From NCBI GenBank assembly GCA_019057375.1, contig DXJF01000050.1, positions 72,895-136,894 of the forward strand: DNA of 64,000 nucleotides. The letters run 5' to 3'. Each line of letters begins with the position of its first letter. Position 1 is the first letter of the stretch. Below, piece by piece: positions 57,871-64,000 of the stretch. The notes under the pieces are model-generated. The model searched no databases. It had not been told where the DNA came from and saw only the letters and a list, made by a program, of their open reading frames with translations. The position numbers and the translations under genes were made by a program. The stretch is from Candidatus Heimdallarchaeota archaeon. GTDB lineage: Archaea; Asgardarchaeota; Heimdallarchaeia; Heimdallarchaeales; Heimdallarchaeaceae.

Positions 57871-57999
57871 TCATGCAAATCTTTTTGGTATAAATTACAA
57901 ATGTAAGTATTTAATTCACAGCAGAGATCATATTCTTCTCCATAATTTCAATTGATGTTCTATTAGAAGCTATTGGAAAAAAGAAAGAAAAAGGAGCGA

Positions 58000-59247
58000 T
58001 TACGATACTCCAAATAAGTTTGTAATCCAAGGTACAAATGAATCCCAGAAGAAACTTATCAAACCAGATAATGTTCCAAGAGCAGAATAAACAAATAGAA
58101 CAATAGTTTGCCATTTGGAAATGTTTATTCCGAAAATTGCTTCCATTTTACGTTTGTAAATCTTTATTGGAATGTTAATGGTTTTGAGTATACGATAGTT
58201 CTGTTCAAATTCAATTCTCATACTACTATCCAAGTTCTTTGACCATTTAGTAGGAGTTATAAAGAATTCAACCACAATTTCCTCTAGTTTAGGATGAAAA
58301 TAGATAGTTCTTTGTTGTGGAGCTAAAGATGCAACATTACCAATTGCAATAGGTCTAACAATTAGAGTACCCATCTCAAGTCCATGAATTCTTGTAGTAG
58401 CTTCAATGACCTTTTCACCTAATTTAGTCACGTTCATTGAGAAATACTCAGCAGTCTTTTTGTCAACTGTCAATTCCTCAATTGCTAATTCATCATCAAA
58501 TTGTTCATCTCTGATCAAAGTTATTTTTAAGCGAAAGACTTCATCTAAACACATATTCTTTGGAAGCATAATAGCTAGATCTCTGGAAAAACCATCAAAT
58601 ACTTCTTTTTCAGATGCTTCACCAAGAGTTTCTCCATCATAATCTTCAGCTTCTTCTCTTGGCTTTCTTTGTTGTTGATAGCATTCTCTGCAGTAAACTG
58701 GTCTTTCGCTATCTGGTTTGAAAGGTACTTGAGTTTCATTACCACATTTTGAGCATTTTAAATCATGCATTTCTCTAGGTGGTGCTGCCATTTCAGCTTC
58801 TTCTTCAAGTTCTTTAGGTTCAGCTAACATTTCGACTTCATCATCTACCATCTTAGCTTTTTCCTCGGATTTTGGTGCATGCTCCCTACCAGCTAAAGTG
58901 ACTCTATCAGCTATCGCTTCATAGTATTCTTCATCCTTAACAGGTTCAATGTCTCCTATCCTCTTTGAACTAGGAGGACGAGGAGAGGGTATGCTTTCTT
59001 TAGCTCTTTTCGATTTTTCCTTTCTTTTCATTTTTCTGCTTTCAGTTTCCTCAGAATCCGCAAAAGCAGCTAAAGCTTTATCTCTTACATGTCTCCTTGG
59101 TAACAGTATTTTTCTATCTTTTAAACTGAACAATCTATCACCAAAATCGATCTTTTTTGCTGTAATTCCAATTACTATTGCAAACAAAGCAGTTACAATA
59201 AAAATTATACCTAACAAATAAAATGTTGGTGCCCAATTGAATGCCAT
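58000..59247 (-). CDS. Two-anchor membrane protein with internal CxxC-x17-CxxC zinc ribbon
   Basis: N- and C-terminal TM segments, charged linker, CSKCGNETQVPFKPDSERPVYCRECY. Confidence 0.78.
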   Translation of the reverse strand: MAFNWAPTFYLLGIIFIVTALFAIVIGITAKKIDFGDRLFSLKDRKILLPRRHVRDKALAAFADSEETESRKMKRKEKSKRAKESIPSPRPPSSKRIGDIEPVKDEEYYEAIADRVTLAGREHAPKSEEKAKMVDDEVEMLAEPKELEEEAEMAAPPREMHDLKCSKCGNETQVPFKPDSERPVYCRECYQQQRKPREEAEDYDGETLGEASEKEVFDGFSRDLAIMLPKNMCLDEVFRLKITLIRDEQFDDELAIEELTVDKKTAEYFSMNVTKLGEKVIEATTRIHGLEMGTLIVRPIAIGNVASLAPQQRTIYFHPKLEEIVVEFFITPTKWSKNLDSSMRIEFEQNYRILKTINIPIKIYKRKMEAIFGINISKWQTIVLFVYSALGTLSGLISFFWDSFVPWITNLFGVS

Positions 59248-59384
59248 AAACTATCAATATAACATGTTTTAATTAAAGGTTATGGAAAAAAATTATCAAA
59301 ACCGGAACTAATTTTGTCGGATGTTTTACCAGCGTCATACATGAGTATATAAAAATGCTTTTTTTCACAATACTAGGTCTAAAT

Positions 59385-59678
59385 ATGAAAATGAGAAATG
59401 AAAAGGAAACAATTTTCATTAATCAATTCGGGGTTCGTTTCAGAAGATGTGAAGTCTCAGAATGCATCTATTGTGTGGATAAATATGAGGTTTCAAATGG
59501 AGGAATAATGTCTAATAAAAAAGGAACACCTTATTTCAAAGGTAATGTTTGTAATTGCTCTCTTGAAGATCAAATCAGTCTTATAGAGGCTGCAAAAATG
59601 AATTGTTATCCTGTAGAAGATAAAGTTTCAACAGATTATAGCAATTTAGAATTTATTCGCAAACTGAAAGCAACATAG
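59385..59678 (+). CDS. Small Cys-rich hypothetical protein
   Basis: CEVSECIYC and CNC motifs; ORF fills the gap; start uncertain (59355/59385). Confidence 0.55.
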   Translation: MKMRNEKETIFINQFGVRFRRCEVSECIYCVDKYEVSNGGIMSNKKGTPYFKGNVCNCSLEDQISLIEAAKMNCYPVEDKVSTDYSNLEFIRKLKAT

Positions 59679-59874
59679 CTCACTCAGGGAATTCCAATAG
59701 ATTTCTTAAGAAAAAGTTTCATAACAAATGTCTAACATGGACTTCAATAGTATTAAGAGAAAGGATTTTCTTCATTTTTATATCATTTCCATTTAGACTT
59801 TTATTTACAACTTACAAGGATTAGGGACATGGTTTTATATTCTACGTCAAACCAAAAAGAGCTAGTGAATTGGT

Positions 59875-60594
59875 TTGCGAAGAAAAATAATACTCAAGCG
59901 AGTTTTTATTGGACTAGCGGTTATCACAGTATTAGCCAATCTACTTTTTGGTCTAGCAATTCACTATTATCCAGGAGGTAATTTTCTTGATCCTTCAGAT
60001 GAGGGGTTTGATTTTCTATTTGGAGCTATGAGTGATTTAGGAAGAATCACAGCTTATAACGGGGAGTCTAATACAATTTCGAGGTTTTTGTATACAACTG
60101 CATTAGTTCTTTTGGCTGTCTTTGTTTTAGTCTATAATTCTATAATATGGAAATTCTTCCAAAAGAAAAAGATCACAAAATGGTTGAGTTTATCAGGAAC
60201 AGTTTTTGGTGTAGTTCAAGGAATTCTGTACATTATTTTCGCTTATTCTCCAGCTGATACAGCTTTCTCTAGACACATCATGTTAATTTATACTGCACCA
60301 GTATTTCTGTTTGGTGCAATTTTGGCATATACTATTGTTTTCTTTATAGACAAAGAATTTCCTCGCATTAATGCTTATTCATTTCTAGCGATGGTTATAG
60401 TAACAGTTCTATTCACAATAACTATAGTTATAGGAGCTGTAAGAAAGGATCTTGTCTTTCATACAAGTCGTAGAACAGGGCACACTTTATTTAATTTCAT
60501 AGTACCAATCGTGTATGGACTTCAAGCCGTTGGAGTAATTCTTTTTTTGGGAACCAAACAAAGTGAACAATTCAAAAAAAAGATTGAAAAATAG
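59875..60594 (+). CDS. Polytopic membrane protein, DUF998-like
   Basis: YYPGG, AMSDLG, multiple TM helices; resembles 45260-45922. Confidence 0.65.
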   Translation: MRRKIILKRVFIGLAVITVLANLLFGLAIHYYPGGNFLDPSDEGFDFLFGAMSDLGRITAYNGESNTISRFLYTTALVLLAVFVLVYNSIIWKFFQKKKITKWLSLSGTVFGVVQGILYIIFAYSPADTAFSRHIMLIYTAPVFLFGAILAYTIVFFIDKEFPRINAYSFLAMVIVTVLFTITIVIGAVRKDLVFHTSRRTGHTLFNFIVPIVYGLQAVGVILFLGTKQSEQFKKKIEK

Positions 60595-60760
60595 GTCGAA
60601 CAATAAATATAACCATTTGTTTGTGAATATGGGTCTAGTGAGTGAATCTAATCTACTAACATAATTATGTACAGATAGATGCGGCTATCTTCAGAAGAAT
60701 GCATAAATGTTATATATTTGAATATGAATAACGTGTGTACCACTGTAAGAAGTGACTATC

Positions 60761-61177
60761 ATGGCATCAAAGTATTTTTGTCCAAATTGCGGAGCATCTT
60801 TAGAACAAGGAGCAAAGTTTTGTGCAAACTGTGGGAAACAGATACAAGAAGCAACTCAACAACAACCAGCACAACAACCAGTACAACAACCTCAAGTTCA
60901 ATCAGCAAGTCAAGCAGTTGCAGTAAATGTTGTTGTTCCACAACAACCTGTTTATGCACAGCTACCACCATCCCCTCACAGTCGAACTGTAGCATTATTT
61001 CTATGCATTTTTGCTGGCTATTTTGGATTTCATAAGTTTTATGTAGGTAATGCCGGTATGGGTATTGTATATCTTTTTACCTTAGGATTCTTTGGTATTG
61101 GTCCATTTATTGATTTCTTCTCAATACTTTCTGGAAGTTATAGAGATATTCAAGGACGTTTACTGACTAACTGGTAA
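60761..61177 (+). CDS. Zinc ribbon + Q/P linker + TM2-domain protein
   Basis: FCPNCG/FCANCG; ALFLCIFAGYFGFHKFYVG...LFTLGFFGIG..IDF; SD AGTGA before ATG at 60761. Confidence 0.9.
   Translation: MASKYFCPNCGASLEQGAKFCANCGKQIQEATQQQPAQQPVQQPQVQSASQAVAVNVVVPQQPVYAQLPPSPHSRTVALFLCIFAGYFGFHKFYVGNAGMGIVYLFTLGFFGIGPFIDFFSILSGSYRDIQGRLLTNW
60860..60891 (+). repeat. 12-bp tandem repeat (CAACAACCAGYA) encoding a Gln/Pro linker
   Basis: CAACAACCAGCA CAACAACCAGTA CAACAACC. Confidence 0.8.
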
Positions 61178-61320
61178 CTCTTATTTCTAACTCCTTTTCT
61201 TTTTCTTATTACTCAATAATTGAGAAGAATATTAGCTCTACTTTGTAGATACTTTTTCTGTGATTAAAGTCAAAAAATGGAATAAAAAATACATAAAAAT
61301 AAAAAAGAAAGAAAAAAAAT

Positions 61321-62310
61321 TTAGTATTTGTGTCCACAATTTCCACAGAATTTAACATCAGGTGCGTTTTTAGCTCCACATTCTGTACAGAACTTCACTT
61401 CACCTTTCTTTTCATCGTCTGTTGGGTCTCCACAATTAGCACAGAATTTAGCAGCTGGTGAAACTTTGTTTTTACATTGGTTACAGGTAATGAATGCTGA
61501 TTCAACTTCACCTTTCTTCTCAATTTTATCAGCTTGTTTTAGTTCACTTCTAGAGAAAAGGTTGTTTATCATAACAGCACCAGTTAAACCACTACCACCT
61601 TCAGGCATTTTTTCTACAACTTTAGCCATACCTGCGTATTGTTGAATATCTTGTGCAGCGACACCAGAACGCATCCAAAAAAGTCTGTCCCTGTACTCTG
61701 GAGTTGTATCTATTCCTCCAAACTTCAGATTCTTGAGCTTTATACCCATTTCTGCCAGGTCGCCTTTGACTTCATCTTCTATGAAATCTGATGTTTTACC
61801 CAAATTTGACATTACATCGGTTATGCTTTTCTCGGAAAGTTTACTGATGACTGATTCAACTACAAATGTTCTGAAAAATTCATTAAAAGCTGCTGTTGTG
61901 TAAATACTCCTATTTCCAGCAATTTCAAAAACAAATTTTTGTATACCATCGATTTTATAGTAATAATCCCCGAAGAATTGCAAAGGTGCTAATTCTTGTG
62001 TTTGTGAACGTCCACCGAATTTTCCTTGAAAATCTGCTAGATTGACAAAAATCACTTGACAATTAAATGGACTTTTATCAAACCCAACAATTCTTGAAAG
62101 GAAAGTTGTCAACAGTGGAATGTTCTTTGTTTTCATGAAGTGTCTTCCGCCTTTTAGCACATCATAAACTACAGAATCTTTTATGAACACTGCAACTTGG
62201 TTTGGAAGGACATTTACTTGATCTCCCCAGTTAATTGTATCACGAGGGTGTCTATACATTATTTCGTCGCCTCTACCTAGGGGCCACTCTAATACTTCTA
62301 CCATAATCAT
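61321..62310 (-). CDS. SPFH/Band-7 domain protein (YdjI-like) with double zinc ribbon
   Basis: VLPNQVAVF, KTKNIPLLT, FQGKFG; C-terminal CNQC/CANCG and CTECG/CGNCG. Confidence 0.85.
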   Translation of the reverse strand: MIMVEVLEWPLGRGDEIMYRHPRDTINWGDQVNVLPNQVAVFIKDSVVYDVLKGGRHFMKTKNIPLLTTFLSRIVGFDKSPFNCQVIFVNLADFQGKFGGRSQTQELAPLQFFGDYYYKIDGIQKFVFEIAGNRSIYTTAAFNEFFRTFVVESVISKLSEKSITDVMSNLGKTSDFIEDEVKGDLAEMGIKLKNLKFGGIDTTPEYRDRLFWMRSGVAAQDIQQYAGMAKVVEKMPEGGSGLTGAVMINNLFSRSELKQADKIEKKGEVESAFITCNQCKNKVSPAAKFCANCGDPTDDEKKGEVKFCTECGAKNAPDVKFCGNCGHKY

Positions 62311-62557
62311 ACCTCTTTGATAATTTCTATTATAACCTATAAACGGTTCTAATTTAAAATATTGTAAACCTTATTTTTAAAGGTATTTAATGCGGGATAC
62401 TCGTACTTTCTATCGAAACAATCAAGAATTCATTATTTTCTCCTAATTTCATAATTCTTTTTACATAAATAAGGCATTTTTGGATTTCATAATTGTTCAG
62501 CAAAAGTTAAGTAATTCGAAGAAATAATAAGCAAAACTTGCTAAAATGTGATATCCT

Positions 62558-63886
62558 ATGCCAGTTCTTCTTTTCAGGGACAAAAGTCTTTTCTATCATT
62601 TCTCTCTGATTCTTCTTGCGTCTATAGGTATTGGTCTTGCTAGATTATTGTTACCTTTTCAAGTAGTAGCTGTTGGTGGGAATGAGGCAATTGTTTCTAT
62701 TACTTCTGTATTGTTTTCAGCGGGACAGGTTGTAGGATTATTATTTTTATCAAGAATCTGTGGAAGAAGTGAATCCTCATTTTTTGTTGTTATGTTGATG
62801 TGGTTTTCTAGCCTAACAGTTTTGATATTCCCTTTTCTAGTCCCTGTTACAATAGCGCGTTTTTTTGAAGGCCTAGGAAATGGTTTACTAATAATTGCTA
62901 TTCTTAATTATGCAGATACAAACTACAAAGAAAATAAAGGAGAAGCTGTTGGGACTCTTTTTGGAAGTATTTTCTTTGGTGGAGCAGTAGGACAAGGTTT
63001 AGCAGGATTTTTTGAAGAAGCAATATTTGTAGATCAAACTTTCTGGATTTTCACTCCTTTCCAGATTGTTTTATTAGTCGGAATTTCTCTTGCTTTAATC
63101 TCAGTTATTATTGCCTTTGTTGTGTTAAGAAGATCCGATGCTAAAGTCTTTGAAGTTGATAGCATAGCTATACCTCACTTCCATTTTGGTAACCTTAAAG
63201 ATCTTTTTAAATTCCTTCCTTTTGTTTTGCTTCTATTGATTTATGCGTTTTATGATTTCTCTCATGGAATATATACGCCGAATCTTCCCCTAGTTCTTTA
63301 TTCACATGGGATTTCCAAAATACAGGTTTCAATAATTTTCTTTTTTGGTGACGCAGTTTGGGGACTTGCACAAATTTTTACTGGTAAATTAGTTGATAAA
63401 ATGGGATCATGGATACCAATGGCTCTTAGTATGGTTATAAAAGGAGTTGGTGTTGTTTTTTATAACTTAGTTTATCCTTGGATTGGTGTTCTGTTTCTCT
63501 TTGCTACAGTTGGACTTGGAGAATCTCTGATGGAACCAGCTAGAAATATTGCAGTTCTCAAGATGGAGAATTACTTTGATGAAGAGTTATCAAATGCTAA
63601 AATTCACCATAAACACAGACATCTAAATGTATCATTTGGGAGAGGTCAAGGATTTAATTTTGGAGTTCACTCACACGTCCATGAACATAAACCCAGTAAA
63701 GAATCAATGATTATGGGATTACAAGTAGTTGGTATACTATCATTTGGAATGGGTGGAATTGTAGGAAGTGCAATACTAGGTCTTGGGGGAACAGCTGAAT
63801 TATTGATTTACATTGGAGCTAGTGTCCTGATTTTTACATCTCTTATAGCTTTAGCTGGAAAATTATTCAAGTATGAAAAAAAGTGA
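62558..63886 (+). CDS. MFS transporter with His-rich loops
   Basis: About 12 TM segments, ARFFEGLG, GKLVDKMG; HHKHRH and HSHVHEH. Confidence 0.85.
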   Translation: MPVLLFRDKSLFYHFSLILLASIGIGLARLLLPFQVVAVGGNEAIVSITSVLFSAGQVVGLLFLSRICGRSESSFFVVMLMWFSSLTVLIFPFLVPVTIARFFEGLGNGLLIIAILNYADTNYKENKGEAVGTLFGSIFFGGAVGQGLAGFFEEAIFVDQTFWIFTPFQIVLLVGISLALISVIIAFVVLRRSDAKVFEVDSIAIPHFHFGNLKDLFKFLPFVLLLLIYAFYDFSHGIYTPNLPLVLYSHGISKIQVSIIFFFGDAVWGLAQIFTGKLVDKMGSWIPMALSMVIKGVGVVFYNLVYPWIGVLFLFATVGLGESLMEPARNIAVLKMENYFDEELSNAKIHHKHRHLNVSFGRGQGFNFGVHSHVHEHKPSKESMIMGLQVVGILSFGMGGIVGSAILGLGGTAELLIYIGASVLIFTSLIALAGKLFKYEKK

Positions 63887-64000
63887 AAAAAGAAAAACAG
63901 TTATATTATTTTCTTCTAAATGTTGAAGCTCTACTAAGAAATTAAGGAATTAAGTCTCTTTTATTCTTCCAAATCTGTAGGATTACCGCAAATAGAACAG

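Noticed and set aside
59676-59735. Possible amber read-through after the Cys-rich ORF (LTQGIPIDFLRKSFITNV)
   Set aside because: Only 18 codons, as expected by chance; no pyrrolysine machinery in the window
61212-61226. CTCAA-TAA-TTGAG dyad resembling the 44485 operator
   Set aside because: Spacer is 3 rather than 4 nt and it lies between convergent stop codons, so a terminator or chance match is more likely
60679-61645. ORFs 60679-61035, 60759-60995 and 61328-61645
   Set aside because: By-products of the Gln/Pro repeat and Cys-rich codons of the TM2 and SPFH genes

Overview
AT-rich, gene-dense archaeal chromosome segment, most likely from an Asgard archaeon (Heimdallarchaeia-like; inferred from GGTGA-type ribosome-binding sites, oligo-T terminators, archaeal-type ProRS, tungsten AOR, TrmB, a Rab-like GTPase, multi-PAS kinases and TPR/HEAT proteins). 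It holds about 60 protein genes for metabolism, transport, signalling and repair. I found no rRNA, tRNA, CRISPR array or recognisable mobile element. Main observations: (1) a multi-hairpin element with a cUUCGg tetraloop in the leader of an ABC-TrmB operon (37504-37645), a candidate cis-regulatory RNA; (2) two very basic micro-ORFs (55 and 34 aa, one absent from the ORF track) upstream of an MFS exporter, divergent from a wHTH regulator across TTCTCAA-N4-TTGAGAA palindromes; (3) a Rab-like GTPase and a sulfotransferase whose conserved N-termini begin at CTG and ATC codons behind good SD motifs; (4) three further genes broken by single-base lesions; (5) an uncharacterised enzyme coupled to an aminotransferase, a hom-AOR operon, an M23 peptidase and a cluster of zinc-ribbon membrane proteins. 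All family assignments come from motif recognition by eye, not database searches.
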